Below, piece by piece: positions 18,129 through 31,308 of a stretch of DNA of 64,000 nucleotides (position 1 is its first letter; each line of letters starts with the position of its first letter). Source of the DNA: the human T2T-CHM13v2.0 reference genome, Homo sapiens; assembly GCF_009914755.1 (NCBI RefSeq), contig NC_060938.1; one strand, 5' to 3'. Made by a program: the position numbers and the translations under genes. The notes under the pieces are model-generated. The model worked only from the letters and a program-made list of their open reading frames with translations. It had not been told where the DNA came from and ran no database searches.

Positions 18129-21000
18129 ACTGTACAGGCGAGAAATTGCGTGACTATAGACTTCCTCAAGTCTAACTCAGAATTCTGCACTGCCAGAGGC
18201 TCTTGTGGTCATATTCCCCACTATTTCTCTCTTTGTTATGTCTCTCCTTCCCCACTCACATAGTTATGTTTGGCTCCTCCAGGTTTGATGTGGAAAGAGG
18301 CAGAAAGATCTGATCAGATAGTTAGAGGTGAAATCTATCTCAGTAAGCTCTGAGATGAACTTGCTTTCTCTTACACCTTCGAATTCAATTTTACCAGATG
18401 AAAAGAGAAGATCTGCCTCATACATTCTTTCTGATATTTCCCTGTAGCATGTTGAGGTTTTGAGAATAAATTACTTTATCTGCAACAGTTTATTCTCATG
18501 ATTAGAAATGTAGTACAAATTAAATTTGTATTAGCCACAAGCTACACTGCCTTAATGTGAGCCTTCTCTAAGACCTCAAAAATATAGTGGCACATTGAGA
18601 TGCATTGTTGAAGTTATTGGAATTATTCCTTTGTCAACTTTTAATCAATAATTTCAAAACCTTGTATTTGTTGGGGAAAAGTGGGGAAGGAGAGAATATT
18701 TGGGGAAAAACGTGGGCTCTGTTCAGCTACAGTTCTCCCATTGGTAAACAAAGCATAATTCTAGGCAATGGCTATGCTACATTTCATTGGTCGCTAAAGA
18801 AATGTCAATAACTAATGGACAAAATGTAAGCCTTTCCTTCTGGACTTATTGTAAATTGACTGTAGATTTCATTTTGCTGTAGGTTTTCCGTATTTGCAGA
18901 TAATCCAAGAAACTCACTAACTATGGAAAGATTCGTATTTTAAAATATTATCTAAGGTGTCCATGCTTTACTTCCTGGAAGGGAAAAAAATAATCTTTCA
19001 GATTTCTAAGTGTCTTTTTTGTCTTTCTCTGCATTTACTCAATTCTCTTCTGAATTGTTTCAGGATTTTACATTCCCTATTGATTGCTTAAATCACTGTG
19101 CCTTTACAAATCCCTGATACAAAAACATACACATTTGTATGTGACTCTCTTTGAGAAGAGATTTGGTATAAAGAGAGTGAAATCTAAGAAAAATATTTAC
19201 CTCTATCCAGGCAGTGGAAAAATCAAAGCTATATTTCAGCTTAATATATTGGCTATATTTATACCACAACTAATTTTAATTCTCTAGTTTTAACTAGTTT
19301 CTATACACAAATAATTTTAGATCATTACAAAATATTTAAACATTTTCTGCTACAGAATTTAAATTACATTTTATAGAAATAGATAATAAATTATATGTAT
19401 ATTCTTATTTTGACACCATTCACTTTGTACTAATTATTATTCAATGTGGAGGTACTTGTCTTTGATCAATGGAATTGGCCTACATTCTTAACTGTGAAAT
19501 ATGCCTAAAATAACTAGGGTAATCATTTCTGCTTTCCTAAAAAGCAGAGAAGTTTTGAAATAAAAAGGAGCACTAAAAATATTTAAGATCAAATAGTTTT
19601 TTAACATTTGTTAGTCAACAAATTGTTTTACTATATCAGTAAACTTATAAAATACTTGCATTTATATTTGAATTTGTGTAATAAAAATATAAAAAATCAC
19701 ATATATTGTATTTTAAAGCAAAACCAGAAACTTCGTTATATTGACTTTCAATATTAAAAAATAAGGACTCTACTCTCAGTTCTTATTTCTATACATTGCA
19801 CAGTTCTTAGCTGTATCTTAGTTTCTTAGTTATCCTACACATGTCCATGGTATGTTTTCTAATCAATATGTTTAACATATTATTATTTTGATATATTTGC
19901 AAAATTGCCTGCAATTTTCTATAAAGTTGCATTTTATGGTCAATTAATTTGCAGTTGTTAAAAATTTCAACTGATTATTTTCTGTCCATCATAATGTTTT
20001 TAATTCAGAAAATTTTCACTTTATAAATGCTAAGATATCTAGTAAGCTCAGGAGAAAGTTTACTAGAGGATATTCTCCATTCTAAATTTTTATTAAAATA
20101 TATAAATATTTCAGCTGAAAATTTTTACAGCTACTCATTTCACTTTCTTTCAGTGGTATTCAACAATTACTTTCAATAGCCAAAACTTATCAAATGAATT
20201 GTCTCTACTTATTCTTTTGAGTGTTTAATCAAATACAGATTTTGCATTATTAAAGGTTGTCTCAATTCTATTCTAAAGACAAAGAAAAATAAGGAAACAC
20301 GTATGTACAATGTGAGTTAGGTTTTGGTGTTCAATATATCAGCTTCATTACAAAAATGTAGTAGCATGGTTATCCAAATTTTGTAACATGGACAACTACA
20401 GCTTTAGGTTTTAGAACACTACAGCTTCCCCAGACACAATTATACATTACATCTGCATGAAATTCAATCATTAAGTACGTTTATTCTCAAAATATTTCTT
20501 AATTGGTATACATTTTATTATTATCAAACCAAAATACTTTCTGATTATTGAACTTTAAACTGAATTTAATGTGTATCGTCACCTCAAAACTAATTTCACC
20601 AACTGTTAACTTTTTAACTAAATTACAAAAGCATTCAAAAAACTGTTAGACATTTGCCTTTAACAAAAGCTATTTCAAGAAATTAATTCCATGAAGAGAA
20701 TTTTAAAATTGAAACTTTATTTAAACCAATTTTCTACTTAAATTACCTCAGATAGGGACATAAACTTGACATATTCAACTGTTCGCACATTTCTGATATT
20801 ACTTCAACACATTAACAAATATTACTTCATTTTCTTGTGCATTCACAAGAAAACTTGAAATGAAAAAATAAGACAAGTTAAGTTAGAAGGACAGTCACTT
20901 TATCTAAATAAACTGTCATGCTTCACAGAAGGGTATGCAAATGCAATTTCTGTAGCTGTATGTGTTAAATAATTCGTGCACGGACTCCTTTAAACAACAT

Positions 21001-21390
21001 ATCGGTTATCTATTGCTGCATAATAAATTACCCCCAAATTTAAGTAAAACAGCTCAGTTTTTTTCTGCATAACAGATGACCCCAGATTTAAGAAAAATGA
21101 TTCCATTGCTGAAGGTTAGAAACCCAAGAATACCTTAGCAGAGTGGTTCTGGCTGAGTCTCTCACAAGGTTGCAATCAAGCTGATGGCAGGGAATAAAGT
21201 TATTTCAAGTCACGCCTAGGGAGGGCTGGAAAATTTGCTTCTAAGCTCACTTCTAGAAAGGCCTCAGTTCCTATCTGCCTGTGGGCCAGAGGCTTTAATA
21301 TCTCTCTATGTGGGTTTCTCTCATAACAACAATTTTTTCCCTAGAGCAAGCAAAGAGAAAGAGAGACAGAGAAACAGAGAGAGAGGGAGA

Positions 21391-21430
<40 letters not shown>

Positions 21431-21598
21431 GAGCTCACGTATGTGCAGGAGCTCAAGATAAAAACCACAATACCTAATGTTGAATACCATGACTTCTGCT
21501 ATTAGCCACACTGACCAACCTTTCTATGAAAGGACCATACAAGGTTGGTAATACCAGTCAGAAATCCCTGAGGGACTTCTCAGAGGTTGGTTCCTACA
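21001..21598 (-). mobile_element. MLT1 (F/G/H-like) MaLR LTR
   Basis: ttatctattgctgcataataaattacccccaaa...gttctggctgagtctctcacaaggttgcaatcaag...cctaca. Confidence 0.65.
21354..21432. repeat. (GA)n/(GAGACA)n microsatellite within MLT1
   Basis: Directly visible purine dinucleotide run; source of the ERERE ORFs. Confidence 0.95.
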
Positions 21599-23171
21599 GC
21601 TACTAACTTCTGAAGTAGATGAAAATGTGAATGTTCTAGATTTCAAGTGGTAATGAATAATACCACAACCCTCATGGAATGTGGGAAAGGTGGACTGGCA
21701 TTTGTACAAAATACAAATGCCAAAATACAAACTTTCTAGAGAAGTAGAAACTCAGTGCCTAATTTTTTCTCAAATATTTGTGTTTTTCCAAATGCATTAC
21801 TATCAGTTTCTTAAAAAATAAAATATGTTACCACACAATGAAATAAATAGCAATAGATGACGCCATGTAAAAAATGACAACACACACACACCTCTGTAGC
21901 AGCAGTATTCCGACAACTTCCTATGTTCCTCAGCTGAACAGATCAGCCCATATTTCCACATGGATCTCAGAGAAACCAAACCTATAATTGTCCATATTTA
22001 CCACTAAACCACCAGATGGAGACAAGGCAAATGTATGCATGCCGCAGTCTGTAACTTGGACAAGGACATAATTGGCTGGTACAAGTGACCAGCCAAGGTG
22101 AAGACGTCTCCCTTATGACACCAGAAGAGTTCACTCCTTCTAGCTGCTGGTTTCTGACAGTACTAGTTCTTTTATTCAAGTGTTAATGTAAAAACTGTAA
22201 CCTAAAAGAAGTTGTTAGTACTTTGTATGGAGAAAGGATAGAGAATACTAATCGTCTTTTCCATTTAATTATCTGTTAGTGAGAACTCAAGTGCATTTGA
22301 TTTTCAAACGTTATTAATGGAGACTTTGTAAGAAATTGGAAGTAATACAAAACCCATCCTTATTTATTTTAGTGTGATAATGATGACAATAACATCGTAA
22401 AAATGATGTATTTAAAATATAGAATAATTCCAGGAAAAATTATTACACGGAAGGATATCCCTGGCTGATAGAAATCAACCAAGATGGGCCTGGCAAACTT
22501 AGCATATAATCCCACATCACCTTAAAAAGAACCTTATATTTAGACTAAAGAGTAAATAGAAATATAGGGTAATATAAACACTATAGGCCTAACATCTTCT
22601 AACGTTTCATGGTAGTAGTGAGAAGTCTGTCACCAGTATTTTTCTTGGTAAATGCATTGTCACTAATTCAAAGTTATGAAAAGACTGGCAAAGACGTTGG
22701 GTTTTCCAAGTCCGATTTGTAATATCAGTTACTTCTGAAAATACAAGCTAATTATCCCTATTATACACTGTTTGTCTCAGCAATAGAAATATTTTTATAC
22801 AATGAGAGGGTGCTGTTAGTAAGAGTGTAAATAATGGATAAACTGGCAGATGGTAAAACGATTTGAACAAACATCAAGTAATAAATGGCTATTTTGGCAA
22901 ATGTGAATGATGTACCTGTATCTCGCACTTTTAAAGAGTGTTCAGTAAGCCTGGAGTTGTTTTGAATGGTTTCCAAGAGCATCTTGGTGCTTCTCCAGAG
23001 AGGAATTAGGGTTCAGGGCATAGGATTTCTAGTGGAAGTGCTCTCCAGTCAGGAGACCTTAGACAGCTTCTTCCTCTGCTGCCACAACTTATTCAGTCAA
23101 GAGATAACTGCATTTCCTCAATGTGATGGCTCATGAATTTAAAAAAACTCATTGTATAGGATATCATTTTA

Positions 23172-23393
23172 AGACCAGCAGAGGCAGTAGCCGGAGCAGC
23201 GGCAGCCTGCGCCCTCTCTCGCCCGCCCTCCGCCGTTCCCCACTCGCCCCGGGGTCTCTTTCCTCCTTCTTCCTCCTCCTCCTCCATCCACCCCTTCCTC
23301 CCCTCGCCTTCCTGCCCGCCCCTGTTGTTTCGCCCCCGGCCTCCCGCCCTTAAGAAAATTATACAAAATAAATATAAAATAAAATAAAATAAA
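23172..23393 (+). pseudogene. Retrocopied 5'UTR fragment, probably from PCBP2 exon 1, plus A-rich tail
   Basis: 180-bp GC-rich block (14 CpG) starting agaccagcagaggcag, matching my recollection of the PCBP2 mRNA 5' end; tail 23352-23393; tcattgta at 23149-23156 and 23394-23401. Confidence 0.7.
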
Positions 23394-23556
23394 TCATTGT
23401 AGAAAATCTTAACTATAGAGAAAACTTATGTACCTGCTACCCAGATTTAGCAAATAAAGAAATTTTGTTCCCTATCGCATACATTCGTCCATTGAAATTG
23501 ATGGATTAGCGAGTCTTTCTAATATTACAAGATATTAAAGGGTAGCCTCTATTATA

Positions 23557-23642
23557 GTAGGTTGGTGCAAAAGTAATTGTGGTCTTTGCCATTCGTTTTC
23601 ATGGCAAAAACGGGAATTACAATTACTTTTGCACCAACCTAA
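23557..23642. mobile_element. MADE1 (Hsmar1-derived mariner MITE)
   Basis: TIRs taggttggtgcaaaagtaattg / caattacttttgcaccaaccta, TA flanks, internal aattac duplication. Confidence 0.95.
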
Positions 23643-23649
23643 TATATTA

Positions 23650-26300
23650 TACCAATATATTTTGCTTGCTTTTTCTGGAATATTTTATTTTTCTACTAAT
23701 TTATTTAGTATAGTTTCGTATTAGTATGAATTTCCCTGATGTTAAAAAAGTTGGTATATCTTTATCAAGCTGACGGCCTGCAGGATTTTCATTTCTATGT
23801 CTTGCCTGTTTATATCCTTTACTTTTTAAATTTACGTATTCATCTTTTTTTCTTTATGTGTAGGAATTTTTATATGTTTTGTATCATAATTCTTTGAACG
23901 CTAATACATTTTAAGTCTCCTTTCTATGTCAATGGTTTGTTTATAATGGTGGGTATAATATTTATTGTTGTAAATAGCTTGGCAATTTAATGCAGTTCTA
24001 TATGTCACCACTTTGTTATATAGTTTATGCTTTACGTTTTTTATTTGTGAAGTCCTTCCTTCTATCTTGGGATAATCAATATATTCTCATATATTCTCCT
24101 CTATTATTTCTAGAAAATTTGAAATTTTACTTTTCAGATTCGTAGCCTTAATTATTTACTTTAATGACATAAGTAATAATTGACATTTTACCTTATGGAT
24201 AAACAATTTCCTATATGCCATTTAATGATCCACCTACCTTTTTCTTAGCACTTTTAAGCTACCTACTCATACACCAATATTTGATATAAGCATGTTTCTA
24301 TCTCTGGATTCTCTATATTGTCTCTTCTCTTTCAATTTTGTGTCTATATTAAACTAATATCATGTTTTAAGTATTACACATTATAATGCACTGGTATAAT
24401 AAACGCTGTATCCGTATCTTTCTCTATGTTCTTTGGTCGCCTTAGCTTTTTATCGTTCTACTTGGATTTTAGAATCAGCTCAAGTAAAATAACAAACCTC
24501 CACTGGACCATTAATTGAAATTTAATTAAATTTGTATGTCAATTCAAGGAAAACTGTTATGTTTATAATAGTGATTATTTTCATTCAAACACAATGATTT
24601 TCACTGATTTCCTTGTATTAAACTATCGTATTTTCAGACACATTTCTTTTGTTGAATTTATTGTTTTGTCGATTTGCATATATTTTCCCATTGTGAAAAG
24701 AGCCTATCTTCAATCGTATTTTCTGATTTGTTTGTATTAAGTTTGTTTTAACATATTGATCTTGTAACCAACAACATTGCCCTACTATTTTATAGTCATC
24801 ATATTTTGTATATAGATGTTCATGGATTTTCAATGTTAACAACCTTCTACTAAAAAGAACAAGACTGTTTCTTCCTGTTTAATCCTAATATTGCTTACTT
24901 TTTTTTTCTTTCTTACTTCACTGTCTAGAACTTCAAGTGTAAAGTTCATTTTTAATTGATTTTTTCTGATTCTAATGAAAATAGTTTTAATACTTTATCA
25001 ATAATATTATGTCTGCCATATTGTCTTGCCAGATACTCTATCCTGTTAAAATATTTCCTTGTATTGCAATTTTAAAAACTGTAAATGCATTTTGAATTGT
25101 ATTGAATGCTTTCATAAATTGGTAGCACTGGGTTTCTAGTCATCCAATGTTTTATTAACATTATTTAATTTTGTTTACTATTGATTAGCATTTTAGGATT
25201 TTCATACAGTCCTTTTGACATATTGATATCAAGATAATGCTAACCTCACAGATATTTGACGAGTTTCTTCTCTTTCAATTATTTCGAAAAATTTTTGTAA
25301 AAAAAAGGATTAGCTAATCCTTAAACATTTGTTCTTGCAAGTCTTAGCTGCCTTATTAGCTCTCTGATCTATTCAACTAGGTATTTTTACATAGCTGAAT
25401 AAATATATTAGTTGAATTGGTAGTAATGCTTTTCTGAATTGTCTAATGTACTGTTCCCTAGGAATGATAGTTGCCATTGTTACTTGCATCCTACTCTTAT
25501 TCCTTTGTTGAGTTTATATATGACTTTGTGGACTTCTTTCAACAAAATTCTCTGAGTCATAAACTCAGTTTTTATATGTATGCAAATTATGTTAATTTTA
25601 CTTTTGTTCTAAAATAATATACTAGCTGAGTATCTAATTCTAGGCAGATATGATTAAATTTTGTTATTATCATAGATGAGGGGTCAACCATTCTTCCAAT
25701 AATTGTTTCTATGAAGATATTTTAAAATTTCCTTATATTTGCTTTATTGAGTATTTTTTCAGCATTTTAACAATATTATTCTATTGTCTTCTGCCTGCCA
25801 TTCTTTGTAAGCATTAAGGCAGTGAATATTTGCATTACTTTTTCTAATTTGTCAATTTGCATTTCTAATTCTGATGTAACATTTTTATTAAAGCATACAC
25901 TTTTAAAACGATGAAATTTGGGGGTCTTTAGGCTGCAGCTATGATCTCTGTCTTCAATAGTTCAACTGTAGGCCAGTATTTCTTGAACTGCTTCCTACTT
26001 CTCTAAGACAAGCTGATTTTTCTCTTTCTCAAATTTTGAACACTTTTGATCAGATGCTAATTTCAATCATATCTCAATTTAGTATTTTCTTTCTTTCCTT
26101 TTCTTTCTTTTTATCACATTTTATGTGTATTTTTCACATTTAGCTTATAATTTACTCCAGGGTTGAGTCCATATATATATATATACATGGACTTATTTCT
26201 TTAAAGAATTCTGCACAATGCTTTCTGTGCATACATACTCCAAAACTATTGTTTTGTGTGGATATTTAATGAACACTTGCTCTAGAAATACAACATTTTT
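23650..26300 (-). mobile_element. Very old L1M (L1ME-like) fragments
   Basis: T-rich degenerate antisense ORF2-like motifs (tttccctgat, ttttagaatcagct, gtctagaacttcaag); boundaries approximate. Confidence 0.45.
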
Positions 26301-26397
26301 TTTTTTCAGCATGAAAATCTGTATCTACCTCCTCTATTGTCTACTATAAGGACTGATGTGCCCTATCTGTACCCAGGTGGAAGGTCTTCTGCTAGAA

Positions 26398-26752
26398 CAA
26401 ATGTCCCCAACCTTTTTGGCATTGGGAACTGGTTTCGTGGAAGAACATTTTTTTCTGCAGACAGAAGTGGCGGAGCTGGAGGTGGGTGGTTTGGGAATGA
26501 AACTGTTCCACTTCAGATCATCAGGCATTAGCTAGATCCTCACTGGGAGCGCACAACCTAGATCCCTCAGGTATACAGTTCACAACAGGGTTTGTGCTCC
26601 AATGAGAGTCTAACGCCTCTGCTGATCTGACAGGAGGCAGAGCTCAAGTGGTAAATACTTGCTCCCCTGCCACACACCCCCTGCTGTATGGCTGGGTTCC
26701 TAACAGACCATGGACTGCTGTTAGTCCCTGGCCTGGGGGTTGGGGACCTCTG
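26398..26752 (+). mobile_element. MER1B (hAT-Charlie)
   Basis: TIRs ca...gtccccaacc / ggttggggacctctg; exact 8-bp TSD tgctagaa at 26390-26397 and 26753-26760. Confidence 0.92.
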
Positions 26753-29575
26753 TGCTAGAAAACATGACTCAGCAGGCTAGAAGGGAGGTGAGACCTGGGG
26801 CTTTGGAAGAGGCTCTTTTTCCAAACGAAATTAAAATGTATAAACAAGGCTTTCATGTTTACTGCAATCAAATGGAGAATTCCATTTACATTTGGAGGAC
26901 ATTTAAATTTATTTACTCACATATTATTAGAGGAGGTAGATAAAGAAGTCTGAGAAATTTGAGGTGAAATTATTAGATTTAAACCAGAACGATATTACAC
27001 TAAGTTCACATTTTGGTAAAGCTAAAACTTGATTTGTTTCTTCTTCATTTTGTCTTTCCATTATGATTGCCAGCATTACAAGATAGATTTGCTGCTAGAT
27101 AGTTAAGATATATTTATTTGAAATCTGTCTTGATTATAATAAATTTTCTGCCTCTGTCAATATGAAATCTAACTTTTTGTGACTGTTGAATTTGCTCTTT
27201 CTTTAAATACAAAGAAAGAAATATGGGTGGAAACAAATATATTCATTTTCATGTCTCACCCCACCCTCTCAATATCACTGGCCTCACCAGCCTGGAAGGT
27301 AATAATCAAACAGATGCCCATAACACTGAAAAATATAACACAGACTCTCTGTCTGTGACTCCCACCTTCACCAGCTCCCCTGCGCCCCAGTCTCCTGCCT
27401 GCCCTTTCTGCCAATGCTCATCTAATTTTGGCAAGGTCAAACAATGACTCGCATGTTCTTAGAGTCATTCCATTTGTTCTCTAGGCAACGGCTCTGCTCT
27501 CTCTGGGGGCGTTCACTCTTGCTGCACTGTTTTTAGCCCTGATGATGTGAGCTGGACTTTGGGTTATCTCATTTGTCCCTCAGTCATGATTATTGGCTTG
27601 TCAATACTTTATTGCTTCCTGTATACATGTTCTTACTTAGTCTTCCATCATTTTATTCCTACTCCTAGTGTGGCTGTTCTGAGGTTAGAAATAAAATTCT
27701 TACAATGCCCCTTCTACTATAAGGCTTTAGTTGGATGTATATTTTTATACCTTCACAGCTAGCCTCCCACTTCTGCCTTCTCATCCTTCCAAACTTGTCT
27801 CCAGGATAAGCTACAAAATTAATTATTTAGTTAAATTTAATTAGTGGAAGTAATAATAAAAATTTGGTTTGGAAAATAATATAAATTTGGAAGTAATAAT
27901 ATAAAGTACCAACTGGGCATCATCCACATTTCATTAGCAGAAAACTTCATAAAACCTGTTCTCACAAAATACCTTCAGTGACAGTGGGACAAACTCTGTT
28001 AGAGAAACTCAAGGTATGGGGACTTGAAAAGTTGTTGGAGGACACTAGAAGACAGACAATTATAGCTTCCCCCAGATCACTATGGGAGAAGAAATAATTG
28101 ATCTGAAAAACTAGTGTAGGAGGTAGTATCACAGTTTAGTGAGTGGTTTTATGGAGAAAAGTAGAGAGAGGGAGAAATCAAGCTGTTGATCATTCATTCA
28201 AGTTTCTAGTGTGAGTGACATGGTAGGTGGTGGATTCACCAAGTAAGTCAGGAGAAGGAAGACCTTTAGTTTGGAAAATTACAGCTCTGTACCCTCAAAA
28301 ATACTATACTTTTTGATTGCATGATCCTTATGACCTCCAGAGAGATAACCAGCAGTCACTACAATTATAAAACAGCAGTAGGAGAATTATAGGTTAGAGT
28401 TATAAATTTTGGAATCACTCTCACGTAGGTGAAAGGAAAGACTTGAAATTTACTTCAAAGCTTATATAGAGAGAGACAGAAAAAGCTCAAGGATTCTTGA
28501 TATTTCTCTAGAAAGAATGCTTTTATATAATATTGTTTCATTATCTAACAACTAAGTATATTATTTATTCTATTTCATATTAATTCTTTTAAGTTATTTT
28601 TTAAAAATATATGTCAGATTCTATTTGTTTTCTGGGGTTATCAGAATAATTTTTTGTCTGTCAACATTAAAGAAAAGCAAGGGCAGGCCATCTAATAATT
28701 ATAACAAAACAAAGCCCCACAGCTACAAATGTTTTTAAAAGCACCACATGCTTTTTAATTCTTAAATTTTTTTTGTTCTTAAGTGTCATAACATGCAGCA
28801 GCAAAAACCACCAACTAGAGAAAGAGGGAGGAAACACATGTCCACAAAATAATTTGATCCAACCATTTTCTTTGACTGTTTCTAAATTAGATACTAGCAG
28901 AAGAACTTAATCTCTTGGAAATTTGTAGAACTAAGTAACAAACACCACATTGCATTTTTAAACTACTAATTGACTACCTATATATACTACAGCCAGATTC
29001 CTTAAGAAGAAGTCAGGCTTTGACCTGGTTATGGAATAAACCCAGTGTAAGGACCTAATATTCTATCTTCATACACACCCCAGGGCCTTCTGCTGGAGAA
29101 CATGGACCAGTAGGCTGGAGTAGAGTTAAGGCTCAGGACAATAATCTCAGACAGTACTAGGTGCATGTGTTGCCTGTCTTCTTACTTCTACTATTCATTT
29201 GTTTATTTCAAGTGCTTTGTGCAGTCTGACTTTATCAAAATGTTCAAAATATGTTGTCTGAATGAATGAATGAATCAATGAATTTTACTTTACCAGGAAT
29301 GACTTTTTCACCATAATTTCTGAAGTCTAAAATGTCAGTTTTCTCCAATGATATGTCCTTATCTCTCTGTTTTTCTTATATTCTCCAATATCCCTGTGTG
29401 GCTTATGTGACTTCTTTATGGAACTCTCTAAAAATTTCAAAAATAGGGCCTGAAACTTTTGTACACTCTAAATTAACATTTCTTAATGGATAAATAAATG
29501 GATATATTCTACTATTCTGAATAGCACCACTATACACCCAGTCCCTAGACACAGAAACAATTTTATTGCTATTAT

Positions 29576-29671
29576 TTTGATACCACTACTATTACTATTA
29601 TTACCAACTTCTGAAAGGAAGTTGATATCCTTTCAGAAGTTGGTAATAATAGTAACAGTAATGCTATCAAA
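29576..29671. repeat. Inverted repeat, 44-bp arms, 8-bp spacer
   Basis: 29576-29619 is the reverse complement of 29628-29671 with 3 mismatches; inner 28 bp perfect. Confidence 0.95.
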
Positions 29672-29799
29672 GAAAAATCTCTTTTCATAGATTATTCCAT
29701 ATTCATTAAACATGTAGTTATCTTAGTCTCTCGTCTCTAAGCCAGTATTTAAAAATATTTAATAAAAAGCCAAAATATAGCCATGCTATGCTATGTTTA

Positions 29800-29960
29800 G
29801 ATAGATTCAGTTAATACCTATAGAACTTTAGTTCTAGTAGTTTAGTAGTGGATATCATAGTTATCTTCATTTTATGTATGAGGAAACCAAATCTCAGATA
29901 AATTAAGTAACATAGCCAGTATCAGAGACAAGATTTAAATTAATATCTGAGAGTTTGTAA
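29800..29960 (-). mobile_element. MIR fragment
   Basis: ttatcttcattttatgtatgaggaaacc...ttaagtaac. Confidence 0.5.
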
Positions 29961-30069
29961 CTGGATCTTTAATATTGTCATATTCTGGAGGAGCCTATCT
30001 TATATGAGAGTAAAATCATCAATACTCTAACTTCACAATTCCCTGAACTTCTCCATGCCTATGTCCTAG

Positions 30070-30422
<353 letters not shown>

Positions 30423-31004
30423 TCTAATGTGCATCTGTTACACAGTCTCTTATCATTCCAACATTATCACAGCTTTACCATCACCTCACCTGATCTTAGC
30501 TTCTGTAGACATTACTCATCCCTTTTTCTTATTATTCGTCATCCCCTTCTTGGCATTTTATATTTTACTACATACCAAAGGGAATGAGTTGTGACACTTT
30601 TAGTTGTAAGAACAGGGCCCTAACTCAAATTATTCAAGCAAAAATTAATTTATTGTCTCCAAACCACTGTGTCCAGAAATTTATTGACTCCAATGACACA
30701 GTCTAGGAGCCCAACTGATTCTGAGCACAGCTCAATTCAAGGGCCCAAATATCTCATTAGGACACTGTCTTTTTGATCTTTCAGTACAACATCCTGCCTT
30801 TTGTAGGTATATAAATTCCTGGGTATCACAAACAAACAAAAAGAAAACATTCTAAATTTGTGGTCTCCAGACTCCACAATCGCTTCAGCACCTTTTGAAT
30901 CTCCTGTTCCTTGAACACATGCTACTCTTTCTCATTTCCGACACCAAGAATCACCAGTCTCCTCTAATTTCCTGCCCATCTTGTTATTCGTTGTTGATGT
31001 TTTC

Positions 31005-31308
31005 GTTTGGTTTTTGAGACAGGGTCTCTCTCTGTCACCAAGGCTGGAGTGCAACGATGCAATCATAGCTCAATGCAGCCTCCACTTCCTGGGCTCAAGC
31101 AATCCTCCCACTTCAGCCTCCTGAATAGCTGGGACCACACAAGAGCACATCACCAAACCTGGGTAATTTTTTTTTATTTTTTTATTTTTTGTAGAGATGG
31201 GGTTTTGCTATGTTTCCAAGGCTAGTCTTCAACTCCTGGGCACAAGCGATCCACTGGCCTCAGCTTCCAAAGTGCTAGGATTACAGGCATGAGCCACCAC
31301 GTCTGACT
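31005..31308 (-). mobile_element. AluJ
   Basis: gagacagggtctc...aatcatagctc...ctcctggg...aagcgatcc (J diagnostics). Confidence 0.92.

Noticed and set aside
21235-21505. ER-rich ORFs
   Set aside because: Translation of a (GA)n tract in an LTR.
23093-23366. Three overlapping low-complexity ORFs over the GC-rich block
   Set aside because: By-product of stop-poor GC-rich sequence; they cross the insertion boundaries.
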